DNA from: Gemmatimonadota bacterium
GTDB lineage: Bacteria > Gemmatimonadota > Gemmatimonadetes > Gemmatimonadales > GWC2-71-9
Assembly (NCBI GenBank): GCA_039586365.1
Contig: JBDHKN010000058.1
Location: 1 to 30,579 of the forward strand
Length of the DNA: 30,579 nucleotides
Direction of reading: 5' to 3'
Below, one piece after another: positions 9,240 to 18,902 of the stretch; within the stretch, counting starts at the first letter, position 1, and each line of letters begins with the position of its first letter. The position numbers and the translations under genes are program-made. The notes under the pieces were generated by a model. It saw only the letters and a list, made by a program, of their open reading frames with translations, did not search any database and was not told where the DNA came from.

Positions 9240-10733
9240 TCACAGCGTCACGCCGGTCTTCCAGATGGCAATGTCGCGGTAGTCGTTGCGCTCGTTGTTG
9301 GTTCGTACCCGGCCGCTGGCGACATCCAGCAGCAGATCGAACAGATCGGCTTCCAGGTCACCCATCTCTGCGGACCCGTCCGGCACGGCCCCCGCGTTGA
9401 AATCGATCCAACGCGGTTTACTCTCAGAGACCGCGGTGTTCGATGAAATCTTGATCGTCGGCACGGGCGAGCCCATGGGCGTGCCGCGGCCGGTAGTGAA
9501 CAGCAGGACGGTTGCCCCTGCCGCAACCAAGGCTGTCGTGGATACGCCGTCATTGCCCGGGGCCTCGAGCAGCGAGAGCCCCGAGGTCCGTTTCCGCTCT
9601 CCATAGCGAAGCACCTCGGTCACGGTCGCGCCGCCGCCCTTCCTAATCGCACCCAGCGCCTTTTCCTCCAGCGTAGTCAAGCCGCCCGCAATATTGCCAG
9701 GTGAGGGATTCTCATAGATGGGACGACCGTGCGTTAGGTAGTACTGCTTGAAACCGTTCACCAAACGTTCGATTTCGCGGAACAGCCCCTCGCTGGCTGC
9801 GCGGTTCATCAACGTCTGTTCCGCGCCGAACATCTCCGGCACCTCAGTGAGAATAGCCCCGCCGCCGTGCGCGGTGATCCGGTCGGTAATTCGCCCGACC
9901 AGAGGATTGGCAGTGACACCGCTCAAGCCATCCGAACCTCCGCACTTGAGTCCCACGACGAGACCGGCAATGGGGTGCTCCACGCGGCAGTCTTGCTGCA
10001 TCAGATTGACCAGCTCCCCCACTACTGCCACACCATGCTCCACTTCGTCGTCCACATCCTGCGAGTTGAAGTACCGTATCCGTGCGCGATCGATGTCCCC
10101 GGTGACCTGCAGCAGACTGTCGACCTGATTGTCCTCACACCCAAGGCCCAACAGGAGCACACCGCCGGCGTTGGGATGTCTGATCAGACCCGCAAGTATG
10201 CGCCGTGTGTGCTCCAGATCGTCGCCCGATTGGCTACAACCATATGGGTGCGCGAAAGTGTGAATGCCATCGATGCGTGCGCCGAACTGTTCACTGCAAA
10301 CCCGAGCAATTCGATCGGCGGAGCGGTTCACACAACCTACGGTGTTCACAACCCAAACCTCATTGCGCGTTCCCACGGCTCCGTTCGAGCGGCGGTACCC
10401 GTCAAACGTGCGGCCGGGACCGATCGCTTGGGGTGAAGCAGCCACCGGCTGATACCGATACTCCACCGCCCCTGCCAGATTCGTCCTCATGTTGTGCGAA
10501 TGCAGCCAGGAGCCTCGCCCAACCGACTGGGTGACGCTACCAATTGGCTGTCCGTACTTGACCACGTGCGCGCCCGTCTGCATATCAACCAGGGCGATCT
10601 TGTGACCGACCGCTACGTTCTGGTGCAGCAAGAGCGACCGGCCGTCGATGGACACCTCTGTTCCTGCATCTAGCGAGGTCAATGCCACCGCTACGTTGTC
10701 CGCTGGATGCAGTTTGAGCACGTCGGATCTCAT
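9240..10733 (-). CDS. uxaA: Altronate dehydratase (UxaA family; SAF + catalytic domain)
   Basis: HPADNVAVAL, GHKIAL, KYG, HSHN, VGTRNE, HPYGCSQ, GLGCE, GLKCGGSDG, ENPSPGN, TTLEEK, FTTGRGTP and C-terminal IWKTGVTL. Confidence 0.93.
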   Translation of the reverse strand: MRSDVLKLHPADNVAVALTSLDAGTEVSIDGRSLLLHQNVAVGHKIALVDMQTGAHVVKYGQPIGSVTQSVGRGSWLHSHNMRTNLAGAVEYRYQPVAASPQAIGPGRTFDGYRRSNGAVGTRNEVWVVNTVGCVNRSADRIARVCSEQFGARIDGIHTFAHPYGCSQSGDDLEHTRRILAGLIRHPNAGGVLLLGLGCEDNQVDSLLQVTGDIDRARIRYFNSQDVDDEVEHGVAVVGELVNLMQQDCRVEHPIAGLVVGLKCGGSDGLSGVTANPLVGRITDRITAHGGGAILTEVPEMFGAEQTLMNRAASEGLFREIERLVNGFKQYYLTHGRPIYENPSPGNIAGGLTTLEEKALGAIRKGGGATVTEVLRYGERKRTSGLSLLEAPGNDGVSTTALVAAGATVLLFTTGRGTPMGSPVPTIKISSNTAVSESKPRWIDFNAGAVPDGSAEMGDLEADLFDLLLDVASGRVRTNNERNDYRDIAIWKTGVTL

Positions 10734-10895
10734 GCTTCGCTCTCGGTCGTCAGCGGGCGTCGTTCGTTTGTGCTGGCAGAATGGAGTACTTTCGCATAAT
10801 ATAGCGCCGGTCGGTCCGCCAGCTCTGCGTCGTAGCGTGGCTCGTACGACTCATTCTCGTTGGCATCAATCTGAAGGCTCTCCAAGGTACCGTGC

Positions 10896-11672
10896 ATGGG
10901 TCACAATTCCCTTAGTCTTGCTGGACGCACGGCAGTGGTCATCGGCGGAACGTCGGGGATTGGACGCGCCATAGCCCGCGGCCTCGCTGAGGCAGGTGCC
11001 GACGTTGTCGCCAGTTCACGGCGTGCTGACATGGTGGCAGCGACTGCCGATGAGATCGCAGCACTCGGCCGCCGCACGCTCCGGATCACCACGGACGTCA
11101 CCGACTCCGATTCGCTGAAGCAGCTCCTCACCGCGTGCGTCGAGGAATTCGACGGCGTCGATGCCCTGGTGAACTGCGCCGGGACGACCCAGAAGGTCGC
11201 AGCTCTCGAGATGAACATGAATGATTGGGACAGAATCGTTGCCGTCAATCTCACCGGAACGTTCCGCGCATGTCTGATTTTCGGAGAGCACATGCTGGAA
11301 CGCGGATGGGGCCGTATCATCAACATTGCCTCGCTGGCTTCCTTCGTGGGCCTCTACCAAGTGGCGGCGTATGGGGCAAGCAAGGCGGGTGTGGTCGCCT
11401 TGACCAAATCACTCGCGGTGGAATGGGCCTCGAGGGGCGTGTGCGTGAATGCGATAGCTCCGGGCGTGTTCCCGACTGATCTGAACCGGGAACTGCTGGA
11501 CGGCACCGAACGGGGAAGAGAGTTGCTTATGCGCACGCCCATGAAACGGTTTGGCAGAGTGGCTGAGATTGCTGGAGCTGCCGTGTTGCTCGCCTCAGAG
11601 GCGGCGAGTTTTGTGACCGGCGAGGTGATCGTTGTGGACGGTGGATTCCTGGCCAGCGGAGTCAACCAATGA
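10896..11672 (+). CDS. SDR oxidoreductase, KduD / D-mannonate oxidoreductase-like
   Basis: GGTSGIG, NCAG, YGASK, VNAIAPG, TPMKRFG, ASFVTG..VDGGF; located among sugar-acid genes. Confidence 0.85.
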   Translation: MGHNSLSLAGRTAVVIGGTSGIGRAIARGLAEAGADVVASSRRADMVAATADEIAALGRRTLRITTDVTDSDSLKQLLTACVEEFDGVDALVNCAGTTQKVAALEMNMNDWDRIVAVNLTGTFRACLIFGEHMLERGWGRIINIASLASFVGLYQVAAYGASKAGVVALTKSLAVEWASRGVCVNAIAPGVFPTDLNRELLDGTERGRELLMRTPMKRFGRVAEIAGAAVLLASEAASFVTGEVIVVDGGFLASGVNQ

Positions 11673-12481
11673 ATTCACTGAGCACCGCTGGGGATCCGAC
11701 GCTAGCTGACACGCTGTTCCGAGTCCCCCGCCAAGACGGCCTTCACGCGGTGCAACAACGCGGGGAGGCTGGAGCCCGAGAACTGAGCAGCTGGCGGCTG
11801 AGGCTGGGGCCTCAAGAGAACGCGGTGTTTCAGTCACGGGACGAAGAGGCGGTGTTGGTACTCCAAGAAGGCAACGGCCGACTCGCAGCGACGGACAACG
11901 CCTGGGAGGTGAGCCGCAGCAGCGTATTCGACGAGCCGGCCACGGCTCTGTACCTCCCGCCAGGTGTGAAGCTCACGATTACCGCGCACGCTCCGCTCGA
12001 GGCTATCATCGTCGCCGCTCCGGCGCAGCCTGGTGGCCTGCCCGTGTTGGTGGGTGCCGACCAGATCCAGGTGCATCGGCGCGGCGCAGCGAACTACTGC
12101 CGTGAGGTCCACGATATTCTCGTGCACGACACCTATGCGAAACGGTTGCTGGTGGGTGAGACGTTCAACCCTCCAGGAAACTGGAGCAGCTATCCGCCGC
12201 ATAAGCACGACGGCAAGGATGGGGAGCCACGGCTGGAGGAGGTCTATCACTACCGAGTGGATCCACCCCAGGGCTTCGGCCACCAGTCGCTGTACACGGC
12301 CGCTGGAGAATCGGTCACCCATATGGTGAGAGACGGAGACGCGGTGTTCATTCCGTACGGGTATCACCCGGTCTCTGCGCCGCCGGGATACCGCCTGTAC
12401 TATCTATGGGCCCTGGTCGGGGAACAGAGAGCCCTCGCTGTCCATGAGGACCCGCAACACAGCTGGATCACCGCTCCATGA
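11669..12481 (+). CDS. iolB: IolB/KduI family isomerase (5-deoxy-glucuronate isomerase-like cupin)
   Basis: LLVGE, GNWSSYPPHKHD, LEEVYHY, PYGYHPV and GYRLYYLW motifs; ATGA overlap with the SDR. The family call is firm, the substrate is not. Confidence 0.88.
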   Translation: MNSLSTAGDPTLADTLFRVPRQDGLHAVQQRGEAGARELSSWRLRLGPQENAVFQSRDEEAVLVLQEGNGRLAATDNAWEVSRSSVFDEPATALYLPPGVKLTITAHAPLEAIIVAAPAQPGGLPVLVGADQIQVHRRGAANYCREVHDILVHDTYAKRLLVGETFNPPGNWSSYPPHKHDGKDGEPRLEEVYHYRVDPPQGFGHQSLYTAAGESVTHMVRDGDAVFIPYGYHPVSAPPGYRLYYLWALVGEQRALAVHEDPQHSWITAP

Positions 12482-12517
12482 AAGGAGTAGGCGCAGTACG
12501 TTGAAAGTGAGTCTGCC

Positions 12518-13726
12518 ATGAAAATCGTAGACGGGCGCGTGATCGTCTGCTGTCCCGGTCGCAACTTCGTCACGCTCAAACTCACAACTGACAAGGGGAT
12601 CTACGGCCTGGGCGACGCAACGCTGAACGGTCGGGAACTCGCCGTTGCGAGCTACCTGGAAGATCATGTGTTACCGCTCCTCATCGGGCGGGATCCGCGC
12701 CGAATCGAAGACACCTGGCAATACCTATACAAAGGGGCCTACTGGCGCCGTGGACCGGTCACCATGGCCGCCATTGCGGCAGTAGACACGGCACTGTGGG
12801 ACATACAGGGAAAGGCACTTGGCGTTCCCGTCCATCAACTGTTGGGTGGGGCGTCGCGCGACCGGGTGCTGGTATACGGACACGCGAGCGGAGCCGACGT
12901 CGCTGACACTCTCCGGGCGATCGAGCGCTACCGCGAACTCGGTTACCAGGCTATACGCGTGCAATCCGGAATTCCGGGCCTCGAGGGTGCGTACGGTGTC
13001 GGCAGAGGAGACATGTACTATGAGCCTGCCGAACCGGGACTGCCGCCGGAACAGCGCTGGAGTACGGAGCGATACTTGGACTTCGTACCGGAACTGTTTG
13101 CGCGGGCTCGGTCCGAGTTCGGCCCCGAGCCGCTACTCCTGCACGACGCACATCACCGGCTCACGCCAATCGAAGCGGCGCAGCTCGGCAAGAGTCTCGA
13201 ACCGTACCACCTGTTCTGGTTGGAGGATCCGGTTCCGGCCGAACTCCAAGAGGGTTTCCGCCTAATCCGGCAGCACACTACTACTCCTCTCGCCGTCGGC
13301 GAAGTGTTCAACAGTATCCACGACTGCCAGCAACTGATACAAGCACAGCTCATCGACTACATCCGAACGACGGTTGTCCACGCCGGCGGCATCAGCCACC
13401 TCCGCAAGATCGCGCACCTCGCCGAGTTGTATCACGTGCGAACCGGCTGCCACGGAGCCACCGACCTGAGCCCAGTGTGCATGGCCGCTGCCCTCCACTT
13501 TGACCTCAGCGTGCACAACTTCGGCATCCAGGAGTACATGCGGCACAGCGAAGAGACGGATCGCGTCTTCCCTCACGAATACACGTTCGAGCGAGGAACG
13601 ATGCATCCGGGCGAGGCTCCGGGCCTAGGTGTCGACATCGACCAAGAGTTGGCCGCCGAGTATCCGTATCAACGGGCTTACCTGCCAGTCAGCAGAAAAC
13701 TCGACGGCACCATGCACAGCTGGTAA
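12518..13726 (+). CDS. manD: D-mannonate dehydratase (enolase superfamily ManD/RspA)
   Basis: [64 protein letters not shown]. Confidence 0.95.
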   Translation: MKIVDGRVIVCCPGRNFVTLKLTTDKGIYGLGDATLNGRELAVASYLEDHVLPLLIGRDPRRIEDTWQYLYKGAYWRRGPVTMAAIAAVDTALWDIQGKALGVPVHQLLGGASRDRVLVYGHASGADVADTLRAIERYRELGYQAIRVQSGIPGLEGAYGVGRGDMYYEPAEPGLPPEQRWSTERYLDFVPELFARARSEFGPEPLLLHDAHHRLTPIEAAQLGKSLEPYHLFWLEDPVPAELQEGFRLIRQHTTTPLAVGEVFNSIHDCQQLIQAQLIDYIRTTVVHAGGISHLRKIAHLAELYHVRTGCHGATDLSPVCMAAALHFDLSVHNFGIQEYMRHSEETDRVFPHEYTFERGTMHPGEAPGLGVDIDQELAAEYPYQRAYLPVSRKLDGTMHSW

Positions 13727-13743
13727 CGCGTCCTGCTACAGTC

Positions 13744-14739
13744 ATGAATCGTCACAGCAGTCTAGTATTGGCTCTTTCCCTGGCAGCAGCCGCGTGCGGG
13801 ACCAGGAGCGAAGTCACTGTCATCAAGCTGGCCCACGGCCTCGACCCAACCCACCCAGTTCACGGAGCAATGGAGTTCCTGGCCCGACGCGTTCTCGAAG
13901 AGTCGGGCGGGACGATGCGTGTCGATATCTATCCGAGCGAGCAGCTCGGCACGGAACGGCAAGCACTGGAACTGCTCCAGATCGGGAGCCTGGGGATGAC
14001 TAAGGTATCCGCCGCCGTGCTGGAGAATTTCGCGGCGCCATTCAAGGTGTTGAGTCTGCCGTACATCTTCCGCGACGAGGAGCATCAGTGGGCAGTGCTC
14101 GAGGGTCCCATCGGCCGGGAGATGCTGGCCCTGGCAGCGCGGTTTCGTCTGCGCGGTCTCTGCTTCTACGATGCCGGGAGCAGAAGCTTCTACACGAAGG
14201 ACCGTCCCATCTTAGTGCCGTCGGACCTCCATGGACTCAAGATCCGCACACAGGAGAGCGCTACCGCGACCCGGATGGTGAGCCTACTCGGTGGCTCCGC
14301 GACACCCATCGCGTGGGGTGAGCTGTATACGGCCCTGCAGCAGGGCGTCGTAGACGGCGCGGAGAACAACCCCCCTTCTTTCCATCTATCCCGACACTAC
14401 GAGGTCGCCCGCTACTACTCCCTCAACGAGCATACGGGCGTCCCAGACGTTCTTCTCGTCAGCACGGTAGTATGGAACGATCTGACCAGGCAACAGCGGC
14501 AATGGCTGCAGCAAGCCGCCGACGAGTCGGCCCAGTACCAGAAGCTGCTGTGGCAACAGGCAACGGAGGAGGCATTGCGCGCCGTGCAGGCCGCCGGAGT
14601 CCAAGTCAATCGTCCGGACAAGACTCCGTTTGCCACACTGCTCGCACCCATGTACGCAGATTACCGCGAGGAGCCAGCCGTAGCCGAGCTGATCGAACGG
14701 ATCCGAGCGGCGGCCGGGATCACTGGCGACCAACGCTGA
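13744..14739 (+). CDS. dctP: TRAP transporter substrate-binding protein (DctP), probable lipoprotein
   Basis: Lipobox-like AAAC; KLAH; YPSEQLG; GLKIRTQ (carboxylate-binding Arg); ELYTALQQGVVDGAEN. Confidence 0.93.
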   Translation: MNRHSSLVLALSLAAAACGTRSEVTVIKLAHGLDPTHPVHGAMEFLARRVLEESGGTMRVDIYPSEQLGTERQALELLQIGSLGMTKVSAAVLENFAAPFKVLSLPYIFRDEEHQWAVLEGPIGREMLALAARFRLRGLCFYDAGSRSFYTKDRPILVPSDLHGLKIRTQESATATRMVSLLGGSATPIAWGELYTALQQGVVDGAENNPPSFHLSRHYEVARYYSLNEHTGVPDVLLVSTVVWNDLTRQQRQWLQQAADESAQYQKLLWQQATEEALRAVQAAGVQVNRPDKTPFATLLAPMYADYREEPAVAELIERIRAAAGITGDQR

Positions 14740-14755
14740 TTCTCTCGTATCACCG

Positions 14756-15271
14756 ATGCTAGGCACTGCCAAAGTCGTCGACCGCGCACTCGGTTGGGTG
14801 CTCGCTGCGCTCATGGGCGTTGCGGTGGTGAATGTCCTGTGGCAGGTGTTCACACGGTTCGTGCTCGCCGATCCAAGTTCCTTCACGGACGAGCTAGCCC
14901 GATATCTCCTGATATGGATTGGACTCCTGGGCGCAAGCTATGCGGCGGGTAGGCAGATGCACCTCGCCATCGACCTGCTCCCGACGAAGCTCACCGGATT
15001 TCCGCGGTTCTATCTAGGCGTATTGATAGAAGCCTGCATCTTCCTCTTCGCGCTGTCAGTGCTCGTGATCGGTGGCATCCATCTCGTCGTGCTTACGCTC
15101 ATGCTCGGTCAGACCTCCGCCGCACTCCACGTTCCCCTCGGATACGTCTACCTGGCACTGCCGTTGAGCGGGCTCCTGATGATGTTCTACTCGGTTGGGG
15201 CCGTGGTGACACACCGTGTCGCGCTGCGCGAGTGGGAAGCCCGGATCGAGCGAGCCGGGGAGACGCGCTGA
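14756..15271 (+). CDS. dctQ: TRAP transporter small permease (DctQ)
   Basis: Four TM segments; QVFTRF, DELARYLLIW, HLAID; lies between dctP and dctM. Confidence 0.92.
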   Translation: MLGTAKVVDRALGWVLAALMGVAVVNVLWQVFTRFVLADPSSFTDELARYLLIWIGLLGASYAAGRQMHLAIDLLPTKLTGFPRFYLGVLIEACIFLFALSVLVIGGIHLVVLTLMLGQTSAALHVPLGYVYLALPLSGLLMMFYSVGAVVTHRVALREWEARIERAGETR

Positions 15272-16569
15272 TGGAATGGGTTGACATCATCGTGCTCGGG
15301 TGTTCGTTCACCATCCTGTTGGCGGTGGGTGTACCGGTGGCGTTCTCCATCGGCATCTCCACCGTGCTCACTATGCTGCTGAGCATCAAGACTGGGCCCG
15401 CGCTCACAACAGTGGCGCAGCGGATCGCGACGGGACTCGACTCGTTCACACTGTTGGCGATCCCCTTCTTCATACTTGCCGGCCAGTTGATGAACCGGGG
15501 CGGGATTGCTCATCGGCTAATCGAATTCGCCAAGGCCCTGCTGGGTGGCCTCCCGGGCGGGCTCGCACACGTCAATGTCCTTGCGGCCATGCTGTTCGCC
15601 GCGATCTCGGGCTCTGCGGTGGCCACTGCTTCGGCGGTCGGCAGCATAATGGGACCGCGTATGGAGGAGGAGGGTTACGAGCGGAGCTTTGGAGCTGCCG
15701 TGAACATTACGGCTGCGACGACGGGCCTCATCATCCCACCGAGCAACATCCTGATCGTGTTTTCGTTGGCGAGCGGAGGGGTGTCGATCACCGCGCTATT
15801 CCTGGCCGGATACTTGCCCGGGATACTCGTGGGGCTCTCGTTGATGCTAGTGGCCGGGGTCTTGGCCGTGCGGAAGAGATACCCTGTGGCGGCTCGCACG
15901 GGTTGGCGGGAGATAAGCAAGCGATTCCTCGCCGCGCTGCCCAGTCTGCTGATGCTCGTGGTAGTAATGGGCGGAATCGTCTCCGGGGTATTCACCGCCA
16001 CGGAAGCGGCCGCTGTCGCCGTGCTCTACGCCCTAGTCCTCGCGCTGGCCTACAGGGAGATCACGCCGCGGGATCTTCCACAGATTCTCCTCAGTACGTC
16101 GGCCACGACGGCTATCGTGCTACTGCTCGTGGGAACGTCCATCGCTATGTCCTGGATTCTTGCGTATGAGAGCATCCCACAGAACGTGAGCCTGGCGCTG
16201 ATCGGACTCACCGAGAACAAGATCTTGATCCTTCTCATCATCAACCTGGTTCTGTTAACAGTTGGGGTGTTCATGGACATCACGCCGGCGGTGCTGATTT
16301 TCACTCCCATCTTCCTACCGATTGCGGTGCAGCTCGGTGTGGACCCGACTCATTTCGGTATCATCATGGTTCTCAACCTATGCATCGGCCTGTGCACACC
16401 CCCGGTGGGAACCGTGCTTTTCGTCGGTGTTGGAGTCGCGCAAACGTCCATCACACGCGTCATGCGGCCGCTGCTACCCCTCTACGTTGCGATGATCGTG
16501 GCATTGATGATCGTGACCTACTTCCCCGGCCTGAGTTTGTGGTTGCCGCGTCTGTTTGGCGCGCAGTGA
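15271..16569 (+). CDS. dctM: TRAP transporter large permease (DctM)
   Basis: TGATG overlap; LLAIPFFILAG, GGLAHVNV, SGSAVA, IIPPS, GVFTATEA, DPTHFG, TPPVG. Confidence 0.95.
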   Translation: MEWVDIIVLGCSFTILLAVGVPVAFSIGISTVLTMLLSIKTGPALTTVAQRIATGLDSFTLLAIPFFILAGQLMNRGGIAHRLIEFAKALLGGLPGGLAHVNVLAAMLFAAISGSAVATASAVGSIMGPRMEEEGYERSFGAAVNITAATTGLIIPPSNILIVFSLASGGVSITALFLAGYLPGILVGLSLMLVAGVLAVRKRYPVAARTGWREISKRFLAALPSLLMLVVVMGGIVSGVFTATEAAAVAVLYALVLALAYREITPRDLPQILLSTSATTAIVLLLVGTSIAMSWILAYESIPQNVSLALIGLTENKILILLIINLVLLTVGVFMDITPAVLIFTPIFLPIAVQLGVDPTHFGIIMVLNLCIGLCTPPVGTVLFVGVGVAQTSITRVMRPLLPLYVAMIVALMIVTYFPGLSLWLPRLFGAQ

Positions 16570-16605
16570 AAGCGGGGTGCCCGGGTCAGCACCTCGTCGT
16601 GTCAC

Positions 16606-16634
16606 TTGCACCTACCCTGACCGAAGCGCACAAT
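16606..16634 (+). promoter_or_regulatory. Possible sigma70-type promoter for the S9 peptidase
   Basis: TTGCAC-N17-CACAAT about 60 nt upstream of the start, just after a GC hairpin that follows dctM. Confidence 0.4.
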
Positions 16635-16695
16635 TCCCCCGTCGCCTTCTAGCGACCGTGAGTTCCGCTTGATCCATCAGGAACCGGGAGGGTAC

Positions 16696-18702
16696 ATGAC
16701 GATGACCTCAGCGGCTCGTTTGCCAGCGATTGCAGTAGCTCTGGCAATTGGGCTCCCCGTGCATGCGCAGGAAGCCGGATTCCAGAGCGCCGACCTCCAT
16801 CAGCTCAAATCGGTTGGGGAAGTGCAGCTCTCACCGGACGGGCGGTACATCACGTATAGCCTGACCAGCCGGGAGGATCCGGGAAGGCCAGCGTCGACGA
16901 TCTGGATCCACGATGTGGCAGCTGGTACCAACACGCACTTGGTGGACGGATCCGGGGCGCGGTGGTCACCCGACGGATCTCGCATCGCCTACTTCGGTCG
17001 CATGGGCGATCGCAGCGGACTGATCGTCGTGCGGCCTGACGGCCGGGGCGCCAGGTTCCTCTCCGACGTTCGCGGCACCAACCACCCCCTTCCTTCGAGT
17101 GGAGAGCGCCTGACCTGGGCGCCTGACGGCAACGCGATCGCCTTCGTCTCTACTACCCCGGGGCCGGAGTCCGCCGAAGCCTCCGGCGATCCAGTCGTAA
17201 TAACTCGGTATCTCTACAAGCCCACTGCAGCTGAGGGAATGACGCGGTTCAATGACAATCGCCGGTCTCACATCTTCATCGTCAGTCTGGCGTCAGGCGA
17301 AGTACGACAGCTAACCGACGGCCCGTTCTACGAGCATTCCATTGATTGGTCGCCCAACGGCGAGGAAATCCTGTTCATCTCGAACCGCGAGCCGAATCCC
17401 GACCGGTTCTTCAACTACGACATCTTCGCGGTCAGTGTGGAAGGGGGGACGACCCGCAGGCTCACGCAGACGGAGAGCGCCGAGTACCGACCCAGGTGGT
17501 CGCCGGACGGTCGGGCCATCGCGTACCAGGGGACCCGTCGGGGGCTCACCTCGTCCGAGACCACGATGGAAGACACCCACGTATGGGTGTTGCAGGCTGA
17601 CGGCTCCGCTCGGCGTGAAGTCGGGAGTGGAATCGACAACCGACAAGGTGCTCCACGATGGTCAGCCGATGGACGCTCGCTCTACTTCACCGTGCAGGAA
17701 CGCGGGAGTGTCGGACTCCACCGGGTGGACGCAGACGGTCGGAATCACGTGGTGGTCGTTGGGGAGCCGGGGGCCGTCGGAGACTGGTCGGTGGCCGGCA
17801 GTGGCACAGTCGCGTACGCGTTCCACTCAGCCCGTGATCTGCCCCAGCTCTACCTCCGCGACGACCGGCAGGTACATCAGTTGACTGACGTGAACTGGCG
17901 GCTGTTGGATCGCCGTCAAGTGGCCGAGGTAGAGTCGCTACGGTTTGTCAGTTTCGACGGGCAGGAGGTGGAGGCTTTCTTCACCTATCCTATCGGTCGG
18001 CACGAGGGTTCCAAGCACCCCATGATCACCATGATCAAAGGGGGACCACACGGTCAGCGAGGCCCCCAGTTCGACCACAAGACGCAGGTGTATGCGGCAC
18101 AGGGCTGGGCGGTGCTGAAGGTCAACTATCGCGGGTCAACGGGATATGGCCAGGCGTTTGCGGATGCCATCTTCGGTGACCAAAACGGCGGCGAGGCCAA
18201 GGACGTGATGTACGGCGTGCAGGCGGCGCTCAGGCGTTACGACTGGATCGATGGTGATCGACTCGGCATTGAGGGAGGGAGTTACGGGGGACAGCTTACC
18301 AACTGGATCATCACGCAAACTGACAGGTTTGCCGCCGCTATCCCCATCGCCGGCATCTCCAACCTGATCAGCTTCAACTACATGGCGTACTACCACGACT
18401 ATCTGGCGGTGGAGTTTGGCGCCTATCCGCACCAGGACAACCTCATGGAACTGCTGTGGGAACGCTCACCCTTGAAACACGTGGCACGAGTGCGAACACC
18501 CACGATGCTGGTGCACGGGGAGAACGACAACGACGTACCGATTGCCGAAGCCGAGCAATTCTACGTTGCCCTACATGATGTGGGCGTACCCGCGGTGATG
18601 GTACGGTACCCGCGGGAAGGACACGGTGTGCGGGAGACCGCTCATGTGGTCGATCTAATCGACCGCAGCGTTGCGTGGTACGGCAAACACTTTGGGCGGT
18701 AG
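16696..18702 (+). CDS. S9 family serine peptidase (acylaminoacyl/dipeptidyl peptidase-like) with WSPDG beta-propeller repeats, secreted
   Basis: Signal peptide ending VHA-QE; repeated WSPDG-like motifs; GGPH, NYRGSTGYG, GGSYGG nucleophile, HGENDNDV, EGHG; GGAGG upstream of ATG 16696. Confidence 0.93.
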   Translation: MTMTSAARLPAIAVALAIGLPVHAQEAGFQSADLHQLKSVGEVQLSPDGRYITYSLTSREDPGRPASTIWIHDVAAGTNTHLVDGSGARWSPDGSRIAYFGRMGDRSGLIVVRPDGRGARFLSDVRGTNHPLPSSGERLTWAPDGNAIAFVSTTPGPESAEASGDPVVITRYLYKPTAAEGMTRFNDNRRSHIFIVSLASGEVRQLTDGPFYEHSIDWSPNGEEILFISNREPNPDRFFNYDIFAVSVEGGTTRRLTQTESAEYRPRWSPDGRAIAYQGTRRGLTSSETTMEDTHVWVLQADGSARREVGSGIDNRQGAPRWSADGRSLYFTVQERGSVGLHRVDADGRNHVVVVGEPGAVGDWSVAGSGTVAYAFHSARDLPQLYLRDDRQVHQLTDVNWRLLDRRQVAEVESLRFVSFDGQEVEAFFTYPIGRHEGSKHPMITMIKGGPHGQRGPQFDHKTQVYAAQGWAVLKVNYRGSTGYGQAFADAIFGDQNGGEAKDVMYGVQAALRRYDWIDGDRLGIEGGSYGGQLTNWIITQTDRFAAAIPIAGISNLISFNYMAYYHDYLAVEFGAYPHQDNLMELLWERSPLKHVARVRTPTMLVHGENDNDVPIAEAEQFYVALHDVGVPAVMVRYPREGHGVRETAHVVDLIDRSVAWYGKHFGR

Positions 18703-18902
18703 GAGTCCGGAATCGGTGCCCCAAGTGAGTGATGCGACCTGGGTGGCCGGTCTGCGGCCTCAGAGGTGAAGCGTCGGAGTACATGACTCACCCGTCAGTA
18801 TCGCTCTGAGAAGGGTCAGACACGACAGGCCTATGCGGGCTCGCGCGAGACAAAATGAGAGGCACTAGCCGTGGCAGAGGAGGCGTCAAAGCGAACTGCG
18901 CG

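Noticed and set aside
3361..12481. myo-inositol catabolic operon reading (IolG-like, IolE-like, IolB-like)
   Set aside because: No iolC, iolD or iolA in the window; the Gfo and TIM-barrel proteins carry Tat leaders; the iolB-like gene is embedded among uronate genes. Not fully excluded without the rest of the genome.
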